DNA from: an uncultured delta proteobacterium | Lineage (GTDB): Bacteria > Desulfobacterota > Desulfobacteria > Desulfobacterales > B30-G6 | DNA: 64,000 nucleotides | NCBI GenBank assembly: GCA_963823335.1 | Contig: CAWGLD010000008.1 | Coordinates: 64,001-128,000 of the forward strand | Direction of reading: 5' to 3' | Shown here: piece by piece, positions 20,379-30,430 of the stretch | Layout: each line of letters starts with the position of its first letter | Numbering within the stretch: the stretch's first letter is position 1 | The notes under the pieces: generated by a model | What the model saw: only the letters and a program-made list of their open reading frames with translations | Told to the model about the DNA's origin: nothing | Database searches by the model: none | Program-made: the position numbers and the translations under genes

Positions 20379-21035
20379 TTAGTCAAATATCTCTATCCCT
20401 TCGACAATACCCCCGCCGAACGCGACAACGGTTTCGGCTGCAATGGACAAGCCTTCTTTGAGATATGCACCGTCGATACCGGGAACGGCATAGGCATAAA
20501 AAAGAACATTACCCGTCGTCTCCCTCACCCGCGTCTTTTCGTCTGCCCCCTGGCATAGAACACAGACAATATCCTTGTCATCCCGCAGCACGATCTCATT
20601 TTCTTTCAAGACGAATTCACGATTTCCCATCCCCGCACATATCTCCCCTTCCGTGGCCACATCCAGCGTCAACCCGCCGTCAAACCTGTCGAAATCGGTC
20701 ACGGCCACCAGAATGCCGGCACACATCTCGGCCATGAAGTGGGCATCCACAAGAAGAGCGTACTGGGGAAAGCCACTGTTGACGGTCCGCTTCAGATGCT
20801 GGACCAGTGGACACGAATAGCCAAAGCCCTGGAAAAAGTCTGCATAGGTATCGATACGCCGGGTAATCTGCACCAGGGTCTCCCGCTTGCGCATTTTCCG
20901 CAAACGCTTTTTCTTGTAAGCTTTGAACTCGGGCGGGTTTTGCGCATCCCGACAGCCGCTGATCAGGGTCAAACCGAATGCGACACCTGGATAACGCTGG
21001 GTATATTTCTGCGAAAGGGCAAATACGGGAAACAT
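20379..21035 (-). CDS. Stand-alone B3/B4 (PheRS-beta editing-like) domain protein
   Basis: Y..FF..FG, LVDAHF, D.DR..G.L.L, QGADEKTRV; about 218 aa. Confidence 0.7.
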   Translation of the reverse strand: MFPVFALSQKYTQRYPGVAFGLTLISGCRDAQNPPEFKAYKKKRLRKMRKRETLVQITRRIDTYADFFQGFGYSCPLVQHLKRTVNSGFPQYALLVDAHFMAEMCAGILVAVTDFDRFDGGLTLDVATEGEICAGMGNREFVLKENEIVLRDDKDIVCVLCQGADEKTRVRETTGNVLFYAYAVPGIDGAYLKEGLSIAAETVVAFGGGIVEGIEIFD

Positions 21036-21127
21036 GACATCTCCTTCGGAGATATTAGCTGTAAGCGATAAACTCTAAAGCCGTTCAAAACGTGGAACTG
21101 ACTGCAGCCTCCTGGCCTCCAAGCATC

Positions 21128-21442
21128 CTATGCGGGGCGATCGTCCCCACCGTCCCCACCATCTTCCACTTCATCATCAAGCTTTTGATAGGTTTTTTGA
21201 TTTCGGCGTCTTACGAGCAGATAGCAGCCGGCCAAGGTCAGCAGGATACCCATGGGAAGCAAAAGCTCGGGCAGCATCAGATGACGTTCCTGCTCCATGG
21301 CGCGGGCGGATTCGATCACGGTGGGGCGTGCAGTGTCATGCATTCGGGTTTGAATCGTGAGGAAAACGGCCCCCATGTAGACGAGGACGAACAGAATTGC
21401 GCCGATGCCGAGCCATCTCTGCAGTTTTTTAGTATCGTTCAT
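21128..21442 (-). CDS. Small two-TM hypothetical membrane protein
   Basis: Two hydrophobic segments; overlaps the stop of the upstream small ORF. Confidence 0.6.
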   Translation of the reverse strand: MNDTKKLQRWLGIGAILFVLVYMGAVFLTIQTRMHDTARPTVIESARAMEQERHLMLPELLLPMGILLTLAGCYLLVRRRNQKTYQKLDDEVEDGGDGGDDRPA

Positions 21443-21621
21443 GTCTGTTTCAGCTTTTCAACGGTCTCGAGGTCGCACACATCAAAAATCTGACCGCAGC
21501 CGCCGCACAGCATTTCGCAAGCGTCAGGATTGCGTGTCCGCCTGCGTGTCAATTCCGCCCGGCAGTCCGGGCAGACCAGATCTTTCAAGTTTTCATCTGT
21601 TGGTTTATGTTCACTGTTCAT
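21439..21621 (-). CDS. Small zinc-ribbon-like protein (CxxC...CxxC)
   Basis: CPDC-x18-CGGC; GGAGAG RBS upstream. Confidence 0.6.
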   Translation of the reverse strand: MNSEHKPTDENLKDLVCPDCRAELTRRRTRNPDACEMLCGGCGQIFDVCDLETVEKLKQT

Positions 21622-21637
21622 GATGGTCTCTCCATGT

Positions 21638-21830
21638 TTTTTGTGCTTGGTATTTGGTGTTTTGTGTTTGGCGTTTGGTGTTTGGTATTACGTGTTTCGT
21701 GTGTGACCTTCAGCCACCCTCCAACCCCTGCCAAACGTCAGGAAGCTAGGATGCTGCTATCCGCTTATACCAGTCAACCACCCTCCAACCCTTTTATCAC
21801 CCTCCAACCCTTGTATCACCCTCGGACCCT
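21638..21830 (-). repeat. Composite intergenic repeat (GGG-rich and heptamer modules)
   Basis: CCCTCCAACCCTTTTATCACCCTCCAACCCTTGTATCACCCTC and (TTTGGTG)n on the + strand. Confidence 0.8.
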
Positions 21831-21918
21831 ATCTTAATACACCACCCGTCTCGAAATGTCGATTGTTCATCTCTATCGGGTGTGTTAAAAGTACCCTGAA
21901 ATAACCCAGGAGACAAAA

Positions 21919-23298
21919 TTGAGCGATTATACTCCCCAGGAAAAATCCGCCCTGATCGTAGCATCCATTACATCATTTATGGGGCCATTTGTGATCTCAT
22001 CGGTCAATGTAGCCCTGCCGTCAATCCAGAAGGAATTCAATGCCGATGCCGTTCAGCTCAGTTGGATCGCCACGGCACTTCTCCTGGCCGTGGCCGTAAC
22101 GCTGGTACCGGCCGGCAGAATCGCCGACATTCACGGCCGTAAAAGAATTTTCACCTGGGGCTTGGCATTATACACCTTGGCCTCTCTGGTAGCGGCTTTT
22201 GCCAATTCCATTGAAATGCTTATTTTTTGTCGTGTTTTCCAGGGAATCGGGTCGGCCATGTTCCTCACCACCGGCATGGCGATCATCACCTCCATCTTTC
22301 CGCCAAAAAAAAGGGGCAAGGCCATCGGCATCTATGTGTCCGCCGTATATATCGGGCTCTCGACCGGGCCGTTTGTGGGTGGAATACTCACCCAAAACAT
22401 CGGCTGGAGAAGCCTCTTTATTACGGTTGTGCCACTCGGTATTGCATCCATTCTTATTACCTTCAAATACTTAAAGGGAGAATGGGCCGATGCCAAGGGC
22501 GAACCGCTGGACGTCTTCGGCAGCTTCCTGTATGGAATTGCCATTTTGGCATGGGTGTATGGCGCTTCGCTGTTACTGAGCATGGCGGCGCTTTATTTAA
22601 TGGCTTTCGGGACCGTTTGCATGGGGATTTTTATCTGGCAGGAACTTCGGGTGCGTTATCCCGTGGTCGAGGTCAGACTTTTTACTCAGAACAAACTCTT
22701 CACTTTTTCCAGTCTTGCCGCCATGATCCATTATGCTGCTACCTTCGCCATAACGTTTCTCATCAGTCTGTACCTGCAATATATCAAAGGCCTTTCACCC
22801 CAGGCCGCCGGTATGATTATTGTTGCTCAACCCATCATGATGGCCACGTTCTCCCCGCTGGCCGGCAAATGGTCGGATCATATCGAGCCCAGAAAAATCG
22901 CCTCTTTTGGTATGGCGTTGACCGCCCTGGGGCTGTTTCTGCTGGCGTGGATCGGAAGCGATACCGGCCTGGTCTATATCACATCGGCCCTGCTCCTTTT
23001 GGGGTTTGGGTTTGCCCTGTTTTCTTCGCCCAATATGAACGCCATCATGGGCTCGGTGGAAAAACGCTATCTGGGAATCGCCTCCGGCACGGTGGCCACC
23101 ATGCGCTTGATGGGTCAGATGGCCAGTATGGCCATTGTCATGGTGATGTTTGCCGTGGTTATCGGTCGCGTTGAAATAGCTCCGGAAAATTATCCTCAGT
23201 TTATCAGATGTGTAAACCTGTCCTTTTCTATTTTTGTCTTCCTGTGCATTACAGGAATCTTTTTTTCCCTGTTCCGGGGTGAAGTGAGAGGCAAATAA
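21919..23298 (+). CDS. MFS transporter, DHA2 (14-TM) family
   Basis: SVNVALPSI, GRIADIHGRKR, GPFVGG.L..GWR. Confidence 0.9.
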   Translation: MSDYTPQEKSALIVASITSFMGPFVISSVNVALPSIQKEFNADAVQLSWIATALLLAVAVTLVPAGRIADIHGRKRIFTWGLALYTLASLVAAFANSIEMLIFCRVFQGIGSAMFLTTGMAIITSIFPPKKRGKAIGIYVSAVYIGLSTGPFVGGILTQNIGWRSLFITVVPLGIASILITFKYLKGEWADAKGEPLDVFGSFLYGIAILAWVYGASLLLSMAALYLMAFGTVCMGIFIWQELRVRYPVVEVRLFTQNKLFTFSSLAAMIHYAATFAITFLISLYLQYIKGLSPQAAGMIIVAQPIMMATFSPLAGKWSDHIEPRKIASFGMALTALGLFLLAWIGSDTGLVYITSALLLLGFGFALFSSPNMNAIMGSVEKRYLGIASGTVATMRLMGQMASMAIVMVMFAVVIGRVEIAPENYPQFIRCVNLSFSIFVFLCITGIFFSLFRGEVRGK

Positions 23299-23438
23299 AA
23301 TCGTGTGCCGATTCTATGGAATGCGGGGATATTGGAACAAAGTTTACCCAATATTCCAGCGATCCACTATTCCATTCTTGAAGAGATTCGCTCAGAATGT
23401 ATCGCTTCTTTATGGGATATAACCTTGAAAATATTCAT

Positions 23439-24845
23439 TTAGTCAAGGTTGTCCCGATAAAGCGTCACACCATAGGGTATCTTGCCAGGCGTGAAATCAT
23501 GCGGTTTGGTAAACAACGCATCGTCGTAAATCTCTTTCAACAAGACATCACGGAAATTTGGATGAGCGATACTCGCAATGGCCAAGGCTTTGTTGCCTAT
23601 GGTCAAACCTCGCAGGTCAGCGATACCATATTCCGTCACCACCACCACACCGTCATAGGCCGAAGCTGTCAAACTGATGCCGGGTGGATGCATGCGCACG
23701 ATTTTGGACTTGCCCTTGTTTGTCAGACTTTTCAGGGCGATGATGGGCGTTCCAATGGAAGCATCATTAACGGCGCGGATAAAATCGGGCTGACCACCAA
23801 CACCGCTGTAATACCGGCGCGGATCAATAAAATCGGCCCACACATTCCCAAACAGGTCCACACCGATGGCGGTATTGATGGAAATAAAAGGCCGGTTGGC
23901 CCGTATGGTATCGCTTGCATTTGTGTAAGATGCCGGACGCATTTGAACACCTGAACGCATGTGAACATAATCGTACAGCTCCCTCGATCCCATGATCAGG
24001 CAGGTGGTGCTGTACCCCATGTTGGCCTTTTTTCTGCGGTTTGTGACGATCCCGTCCTTTTGGAGAAGCATCAAGCCGTCACCATAAAGCTCTGTCTGCA
24101 CACCCAGGTTTTTCAGACCCGCCTCCCGGATGGTCCCGACGACGGCATCCGGTATCTTGCCGATACCGACCTGCAGTGTCACACCATCAGCGATAAAATA
24201 GGTGGTAATCAGTTCACCGATCCGACGCTCTTCGGGTGAGAGATCATCAAAGTCCGGCGGATCGAAATCATATACCGCCTGCACCCCTTCTTCTATCAGA
24301 TAATCGATGGATCCGGCATCCACCAGACTCTGGCCTTGGGTAAACGGCATGCTGGCATCCAATTCGGCAATAACGATCCGGGCATGGTCGATGGCAGTGT
24401 GAAGTGCCTCAACTGAGAGGCCCAGGCTGTACTCCCCGGTATGGGGATGTCGACTGACTTTCATGATCACTATTTCAGGTTCGTACTTTTGTCCCTTGCC
24501 GATCAATCCACCTATATTGGCCAGTGTGCAGGGCAGGTAGAAAGCGCGCCCTTCGTTGGCAGCCTCACGGACGGATCCTCCGGAAAAAATCGAATAGGTC
24601 ATAATCCGATCCTGCAATCCTTCCGCGACATAGGGTACGGGCCCCTGAGTCAGCAGGTGTACCATGCGTATGAAGGGAAGCCGCGGTGCGCGGGCTTCGA
24701 TGGCTCGGGTCAACGATTCGATCGAGGCGGTCGGAGTGGCTGCATTGGACCCAAGGTAACAGGTGATGGCCTCCCGACCACTGAATCTGTCTGATATAAC
24801 ATCGGCGATTTCATTCAGACGAATCTTTTTGGGTACTGTGGTCAT
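23439..24845 (-). CDS. Acetyl-CoA hydrolase / CoA-transferase family protein
   Basis: TLQVGIGKIPDAV, SGVGGQPDF, VVTEYGIADLRG, IAHPNFR. Confidence 0.9.
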   Translation of the reverse strand: MTTVPKKIRLNEIADVISDRFSGREAITCYLGSNAATPTASIESLTRAIEARAPRLPFIRMVHLLTQGPVPYVAEGLQDRIMTYSIFSGGSVREAANEGRAFYLPCTLANIGGLIGKGQKYEPEIVIMKVSRHPHTGEYSLGLSVEALHTAIDHARIVIAELDASMPFTQGQSLVDAGSIDYLIEEGVQAVYDFDPPDFDDLSPEERRIGELITTYFIADGVTLQVGIGKIPDAVVGTIREAGLKNLGVQTELYGDGLMLLQKDGIVTNRRKKANMGYSTTCLIMGSRELYDYVHMRSGVQMRPASYTNASDTIRANRPFISINTAIGVDLFGNVWADFIDPRRYYSGVGGQPDFIRAVNDASIGTPIIALKSLTNKGKSKIVRMHPPGISLTASAYDGVVVVTEYGIADLRGLTIGNKALAIASIAHPNFRDVLLKEIYDDALFTKPHDFTPGKIPYGVTLYRDNLD

Positions 24846-24846
24846 C

Positions 24847-26502
24847 TCAAACGTCTCTTTCTTTCAGTTTCCGGCGCAATACCTTTCCCACCGCTGTCTT
24901 GGGCAGCTCGTCGATAAATTCGACTATTTTGGGAACCTTATATGCCGCAAGATTCTTGCGACAGAACTCGACCACCTCTTCCTGGGTGAGGGTCTCGCCG
25001 GGTTTGACCACCACAAAGGCTTTGACGGTTTCCCCCCGGTACGCGTCTTTGACGCCCACGGTGCACGCTTCCAGAATCTTGGGGTGATCGAACAGGACGC
25101 CATCCACCTCGACCGGATAGATATTATACCCGCCGGCAATGATCATGTCCTTCTTCCTGTCCGTAATTTTCAGGTAACCTTCCTCGTCAAAACAGCCGAT
25201 GTCCCCGGTGTAAAACCAGCCATCCTTCAGAACCTTGGCTGTCTCCTCGGGCTTTTTGTAGTAGCCCATCATGATCTGCGGGCCCTTGATGAGAATCTCC
25301 CCGTGTTCGCCCTGGGGTAGTTCATTTTCACCTGTTTCGATGTCCACAATCCTGACATCGGTGTCGGCCACCGGGATACCGACGGTACCGGCTTTGACCT
25401 GGCCTCCCCAGGGTGTGATCGTCACAAAGGGGCCTGCTTCCGTAGAGCCATATACTTCACACATCATGGCCCCGGTAAGGTCATTGAGATCCTTGATGGT
25501 GTCTGCCGCCAGAGGCGCAGCTCCTGAAAAAAAACCCTTGATGGAAGAGAGATCGAGATTACGAAACGCGGGCTCCGCCAGGAGTCCCACAAAAATAGTC
25601 GGAACACCCGGTAAAAAGGTGGGTTTGTATTTTTTAATGATATCAATATTGATCTGGGGTTCCGGCCGTGGAACCATGATGTCTTCCCAGGCCTGCCAGA
25701 TGGTAAAATTCTGGATGGCGGCAAATCCAGCCGTGTGAAAAACAGGAAAATTCCCCACCAGTCGCTCTTCGCCCTGCTGGAGGCTGGGAAACCACGCTAC
25801 AGCCTGTTGTGCGTTGGAACTTAAATGGGAATGACTCTGCATGACACCTTTGCTGACACCGGTGGTACCGCCGGTATACAATATGGCACCCACTGAATCC
25901 CAGTCACTTTTATCCTCAACAGGCTCCGGAGAATATTTGGATATAATATCTGAAAAGACCAGCACATCCGCCGTGGGTACAATCTTTCGAACCATATCCT
26001 TTTTCACGAAGGGAAATAGTTGTTTTTTCGGGAAAGGCAGATATGAATGAATATGACAGCCAATTATCTTTTGTAACTGGGTCTTTGGCTTGATCTTCTC
26101 CATCCTGGGAACCAGAAGCGTTAAGGTAATGACCAACTTGGAATCCGAGTCATTGAGCTGATAGGCAAGTTCCCTTTCGGTATAAAGCGGGTTGTTTTGG
26201 ACCACAACGGCACCCACACGAAATATGGCAAGATCCGAGACAATCACTTGTGGAATATTGGGCAGACACACACCGACCTTGTCTCCCGGTTCTATCCCCA
26301 TGTCTATGAGGGCTTTTGAAAATCGGTTCACAAGTTCATTTAGTTCCCGGTATGAAATTCGTTTGCCCATGTAATTGAGGGCTGTTTTATCGGGAAAATT
26401 TTTTGCTGATCTGGTCAGGGCCTCTGAAATAGTTACTTTTTCATAGTCGATTGTCTTTTTGACGCCTTCCGCATATGACTTGTGCCATAATTTTTCTTCC
26501 AT
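24847..26502 (-). CDS. Long-chain fatty acid--CoA ligase
   Basis: YTGGTTGVSKG, YGSTE, GWFYTGD, DRKKDMI, PKTAVGK. Confidence 0.93.
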   Translation of the reverse strand: MEEKLWHKSYAEGVKKTIDYEKVTISEALTRSAKNFPDKTALNYMGKRISYRELNELVNRFSKALIDMGIEPGDKVGVCLPNIPQVIVSDLAIFRVGAVVVQNNPLYTERELAYQLNDSDSKLVITLTLLVPRMEKIKPKTQLQKIIGCHIHSYLPFPKKQLFPFVKKDMVRKIVPTADVLVFSDIISKYSPEPVEDKSDWDSVGAILYTGGTTGVSKGVMQSHSHLSSNAQQAVAWFPSLQQGEERLVGNFPVFHTAGFAAIQNFTIWQAWEDIMVPRPEPQINIDIIKKYKPTFLPGVPTIFVGLLAEPAFRNLDLSSIKGFFSGAAPLAADTIKDLNDLTGAMMCEVYGSTEAGPFVTITPWGGQVKAGTVGIPVADTDVRIVDIETGENELPQGEHGEILIKGPQIMMGYYKKPEETAKVLKDGWFYTGDIGCFDEEGYLKITDRKKDMIIAGGYNIYPVEVDGVLFDHPKILEACTVGVKDAYRGETVKAFVVVKPGETLTQEEVVEFCRKNLAAYKVPKIVEFIDELPKTAVGKVLRRKLKERDV

Positions 26503-26590
26503 ACCCACCTCCCCAGTTTCAGAAATAAACGTGGCAACACCACTCCCGATCCGAGATTGGCCTGCAATTGAATTGCAGGCCAATTTCGGA

Positions 26591-27667
26591 TTATTGCATC
26601 AGTTTTTCGAGCTTTCCCCGTTCCGAGGCAATTCTGATATATGTTTCCCCTCCGGATTTGGGTGGGTCATACTGCTGCTCTTCAGGTTTCTTGATCAAAG
26701 AGAGTGCCTCCACGGGACACGTGGTAACACAGAGACCGCACCCGATGCACCGCCCCAGCTCTATCTGGGCGATATCATCGACCATGGTGATGGCATCCAT
26801 CTGACAGCGGTCCAGACATGTCTCACACCCCGTGCATTCATCCGCGTCCACTTCTGCAAAATAGTTGCTCTTGACGGCATCCGCAGGAACGGGCTGGGCT
26901 TTGATGCCTCGCAAAACGCCACAGCAGCACCCGCAGCAGCTGCACATACCACCGGCTTTTTGGGAATTAAACGGCTGCATCACCAGACCGGCCTTTTCAT
27001 TGGCGATCACAATCTCTTTGGCCTCATCGATACCGATGTATCGGCCCATGCCGTTTTCAACATAATAGTCCGCATGAGATCCGAAAGAAAAACAATTTCC
27101 CAAAGGCTTGTCACATCGTTCACCCGTAAGATCCTTTGTGGTTCGGCATACACAGGGCGAGACAGCAATGGTTGTCTGATTTTGGAGAATATCGAGAACA
27201 TCCTCGAAAGGCGCCACCGGATAATCCACCACCAGCTGGCGATCGATGGGAACTGTTCGCAGTACCGGTGTCTGAAAGCCCTGAATACTTTTGCTGAATG
27301 CCGTCTCGAAATATTCTTCATGATCCCGGGCAAACTCCGCGTCCATGTGGTTGAGCTGAAACTCAAAGATGCCGACCACGTATGGAACAGCGGCATATCG
27401 TACATTCTCTCCTTTCCTGACCCTGAAAAGAAGCCCCTTTTTTGCCATCTCCTCCAGCTGGTCTGCCAGTTCATCTGCCTTCAGGCTCAGCCGTTTGGCA
27501 ATATCCCCCGGAGACTCAGGAATCGGTCTCAGTTTGACAAACAAATCCGCCTGGGATTCAGTAAATATTTTTTTCAGAATTCGCATCTCCACGCCACTCT
27601 CGGTGGCGGGAAACCCGACAGCCATGTCATCCAGCCGTTCTCTCAGTCGTTCATATACATTTTCCAT
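26591..27667 (-). CDS. 4Fe-4S dicluster protein with an N-terminal HTH-like region
   Basis: CVCR, CSCCGCCC, two C-terminal CxxCxxCxxxC motifs. Confidence 0.85.
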   Translation of the reverse strand: MENVYERLRERLDDMAVGFPATESGVEMRILKKIFTESQADLFVKLRPIPESPGDIAKRLSLKADELADQLEEMAKKGLLFRVRKGENVRYAAVPYVVGIFEFQLNHMDAEFARDHEEYFETAFSKSIQGFQTPVLRTVPIDRQLVVDYPVAPFEDVLDILQNQTTIAVSPCVCRTTKDLTGERCDKPLGNCFSFGSHADYYVENGMGRYIGIDEAKEIVIANEKAGLVMQPFNSQKAGGMCSCCGCCCGVLRGIKAQPVPADAVKSNYFAEVDADECTGCETCLDRCQMDAITMVDDIAQIELGRCIGCGLCVTTCPVEALSLIKKPEEQQYDPPKSGGETYIRIASERGKLEKLMQ

Positions 27668-28644
27668 TATACAGCCACCTTCATTTTGTTTAATCGCGAT
27701 AAAAGCGCTTCAGCTTCAGTGATAATTCCTTCGATAACTTCCCTGACGGTTTTGATTCTATCAATGGAGCCCACCACCTGACCGCAGGCGATGGGGCTGA
27801 TCTCCGAATCCCCGGAATCATAGGCCAGCTTGCCCTTGCCACCGGCCACCGTTTCGATAATCTCCTCAAAAGAGGCACTCTGCGCCTCCAGGGCCAGGCA
27901 TTCATCCGCCAGCTTGTTTTTGACACATCGAACCGGGTTACTCAAAGAATTCAGCAGCAGGCAGGTCTCTGTCTCCTTGGTCTGGACCAGTCGCTCCTTG
28001 ATAGCATCATGAGCCGGACATTCCCGGGTGGCAAAAAAAGCCGTTCCCATGAGAACCGCTTCCGCTCCCATAGCCATGGCACCCAAGAAGCCCTTGCCAT
28101 CGCAGATACCGCCACCCGCAATCACTGGTATCTCCAGCTCCGATACGGCTTTGGGGATCATAACGAAATTGGCAACGCTTTCCATACCTATATGCCCACC
28201 TGATCCATATCCTATAAGGGTTACGGCATCAACCCCATGTTTCTGTGCGCTCAGGGCGTGTCGGACAGACGTCAATTTGTGGATGACCTTGATATCGGCC
28301 TCCTTCAACTTTGGCAGCAGGGGAGCCGGGCTTGTTCCGGCAGTTTCTACGACCCTGACACCTTCTTCACAAATTACATCGCAAAACTGCTGGGTTCTCT
28401 CGAGTATACCAAACTCCGGAACCATGGACAGGTTGACACCAAACGGCTTGTCCGTAAGGGTCCTCGTCAACCGTATTTCCTCACGCAGATCCTCCGGTGT
28501 CTCCAGCGATTCGGCGGTAATAAAGGCAATACCGCCGGCATTGCATATTTCGGCTACAAAGGCTGCGCGGCTGAGCCACTGCATACCACCGCACAGAATG
28601 GGATACTTGATGCCGAGCATTTCCGTTATTCGTGTTTTGAACAT
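27667..28644 (-). CDS. Nitronate monooxygenase / FabK-like FMN oxidoreductase
   Basis: TRITEMLGIKYPI.GGM, GGHIG, PVIAGGGICDG, MGTAF. Confidence 0.88.
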   Translation of the reverse strand: MFKTRITEMLGIKYPILCGGMQWLSRAAFVAEICNAGGIAFITAESLETPEDLREEIRLTRTLTDKPFGVNLSMVPEFGILERTQQFCDVICEEGVRVVETAGTSPAPLLPKLKEADIKVIHKLTSVRHALSAQKHGVDAVTLIGYGSGGHIGMESVANFVMIPKAVSELEIPVIAGGGICDGKGFLGAMAMGAEAVLMGTAFFATRECPAHDAIKERLVQTKETETCLLLNSLSNPVRCVKNKLADECLALEAQSASFEEIIETVAGGKGKLAYDSGDSEISPIACGQVVGSIDRIKTVREVIEGIITEAEALLSRLNKMKVAV

Positions 28645-28659
28645 GTGTTGTCTCCTGAC

Positions 28660-28843
28660 GTTCTTTGTGTTTTGTGTTTGGTGGTTAGCGTAAGCCAAGG
28701 TCTTGCTCTCCAGACCTCGGGCCCTCCAACCCTTCTCATTCACTCCTGGAACCTTCTATCTGCCATGAGGCTGGGAGGCTGCCATCAGCTGATAGCCTTC
28801 AACTACCCTCGGACCCTTGTATCACCCTCAAACCCTCAGACCC
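28660..28843 (-). repeat. Composite intergenic repeat (GGG-rich and heptamer modules)
   Basis: CCCTCGGACCCTTGTATCACCCTCAAACCCTC directly after the enoyl-CoA hydratase stop; TTTGTGTTTTGTGTTTGG further downstream. Confidence 0.75.
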
Positions 28844-29634
28844 TATTTACTAAACGCCATCACTGCCTGGAAAAACTCGGGCGTGGTACAGCCGATGCTC
28901 TGGTTGCGGTTCTCTAACGCTACCGCAGCCTCCAGGGAAGGTGCATCCAGATTCTGGCGAATGGCCTCTTTGGTCATCCTGAGACCGAAGGGCGTTTTCC
29001 CCAACAGCGTACGCGCGGTTTCCAGGGCCTTGTTCATGAGTTCCCCTTCCCCGGCCAGACAACTGGCAAGCCCGATGCGATCAGCCTCTATTGCATTCAC
29101 TGTCCTGCCCGTCATCAATATTTCCGATGCTTTGGCACTTCCCACCATTTTTGGCAGAAAATAGGTCGTCCCCAATTCACCACCGGACAGACCGATATTG
29201 ATAAAAGACGGTATAAATGTAGCAGAAGGCCCGGCAATGATAATATCCGCTGCCAGTGCCAGACACATGCCACCACCGGCGGCAGGTCCGTTGACAGCCG
29301 CAATCACCGGCTGCGGCAGGCGGCGCATGCCGGTAATTACCCCTGAATATCGGTTCTGGATATGTTCCAGGTGCAGGGCAGCCGATGCAAATTTTTTGAG
29401 GTTTTCTTCGCTCATGAGCTGCTTGTCTTTGAGATCTGCCCCGGAGCAGAATCCCCGTCCACTGCCGGTCAGAATCAACACCCGCACCTGCTCATCCTTT
29501 TCCAACACATCATAAAGGGCATACAGATCGTCCAGCATCTGCAGGTTCATGGCATTCAGTCGATTAGATCGGTTCAGGGTAATCACGCCCAGCCCCGGCT
29601 CCGGTGTCTCGAACAACAGGGTTTTATAATCCAT
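28843..29634 (-). CDS. Enoyl-CoA hydratase/isomerase (crotonase) family protein
   Basis: LNRSNRLNAM, FCSGADL, AAVNGPAAGGG. Confidence 0.92.
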   Translation of the reverse strand: MDYKTLLFETPEPGLGVITLNRSNRLNAMNLQMLDDLYALYDVLEKDEQVRVLILTGSGRGFCSGADLKDKQLMSEENLKKFASAALHLEHIQNRYSGVITGMRRLPQPVIAAVNGPAAGGGMCLALAADIIIAGPSATFIPSFINIGLSGGELGTTYFLPKMVGSAKASEILMTGRTVNAIEADRIGLASCLAGEGELMNKALETARTLLGKTPFGLRMTKEAIRQNLDAPSLEAAVALENRNQSIGCTTPEFFQAVMAFSK

Positions 29635-29658
29635 GGGATACCTCGTAGTTTTGATAGT

Positions 29659-29842
29659 TGCCCTGCGGGCATTCGCCCTACGGGCTGTTATTTGCACTTC
29701 GTGCGATATTCGCCCTTGCGGGCTGTCATTAGCGCTGCGCGCGTTATTTATTGTCGCTATTCGCTATGAGCTATAAGCCGCTTAAGGCTTACCGCTTATA
29801 GCTTGTAGCTACCCTCGTATCCCCCTCGAACCCTTGGACCCT
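29659..29842 (-). repeat. Composite repeat with mini-hairpin array (5 units)
   Basis: Minus strand: GCGC-GCA-GCGC, GCCC-GCAA-GGGC, GCAC-GAA-GTGC, GCCC-GTA-GGGC, GCCC-GCA-GGGC; preceded by GGG-rich and TAAGC modules. Confidence 0.85.
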
Positions 29843-29846
29843 TTTA

Positions 29847-30104
29847 TCACGCCACCTCGATGATAAACATCAATTCTTCATCCTTGAGAGGCGACTCATT
29901 TTCGGCAACGACTTGCAAAATGGTCCCATTGACAGGAGACTTTACCTTCTGGAAGACCTTCATGGTTTCCAGGAGAGCGAGGACCTGTTTCTTTTTTACC
30001 ACATCGCCCACTTCCACATAGGAAGGTTCTTCCGGCGACGGTCTGTTGTAAAAAATACCCGACATGGGCGCCTTGACCTGCATCAGTTTTTTTGTTTCGG
30101 ACAT
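29847..30104 (-). CDS. Stand-alone biotin carboxyl carrier protein
   Basis: VKAPMSGIFY..PSP, ETMK biotinylation motif, SPVNGTI. Confidence 0.9.
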   Translation of the reverse strand: MSETKKLMQVKAPMSGIFYNRPSPEEPSYVEVGDVVKKKQVLALLETMKVFQKVKSPVNGTILQVVAENESPLKDEELMFIIEVA

Positions 30105-30183
30105 GAGATGTCTTCCTTTCCTAACATTTTCGTTTAGAGATACTGTCAAACGCGGCTTGGCCGCTTGTCTGAGAACATACATT

Positions 30184-30423
30184 TGCCCTATGGTCTGTCA
30201 TTAGCACTTCGTGCGACATTAGTCCTTCGGACGTAATTTGCGCTTCGCGCGTCATTTATTGTTGCTTAGAGCGGATAGCCACGATGTATGACACGAAGTA
30301 AATGACAGCGAAGCGTTATTAGCTTTTTAGCGGTTTAGACTGTAGGCTGTTAGGTGCCTTCCGCTAAATAGCTATTAGCCACCCTCCAACCCTTGTATCA
30401 CCCTCGTATCACCCTCCAACCCT
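30184..30423 (-). repeat. Full composite repeat (GGG module, linker, leader, 4-unit mini-hairpin array)
   Basis: Co-linear with 46472-46735; contains the CTTCGCTGTCATTT leader and CAATAAATGAC array start. Confidence 0.88.
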
Positions 30424-30430
30424 ATCTCTT

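Noticed and set aside
21439-21621. Second selenoprotein (dual-CXXC small protein)
   Set aside because: There is no in-frame TGA inside the ORF.
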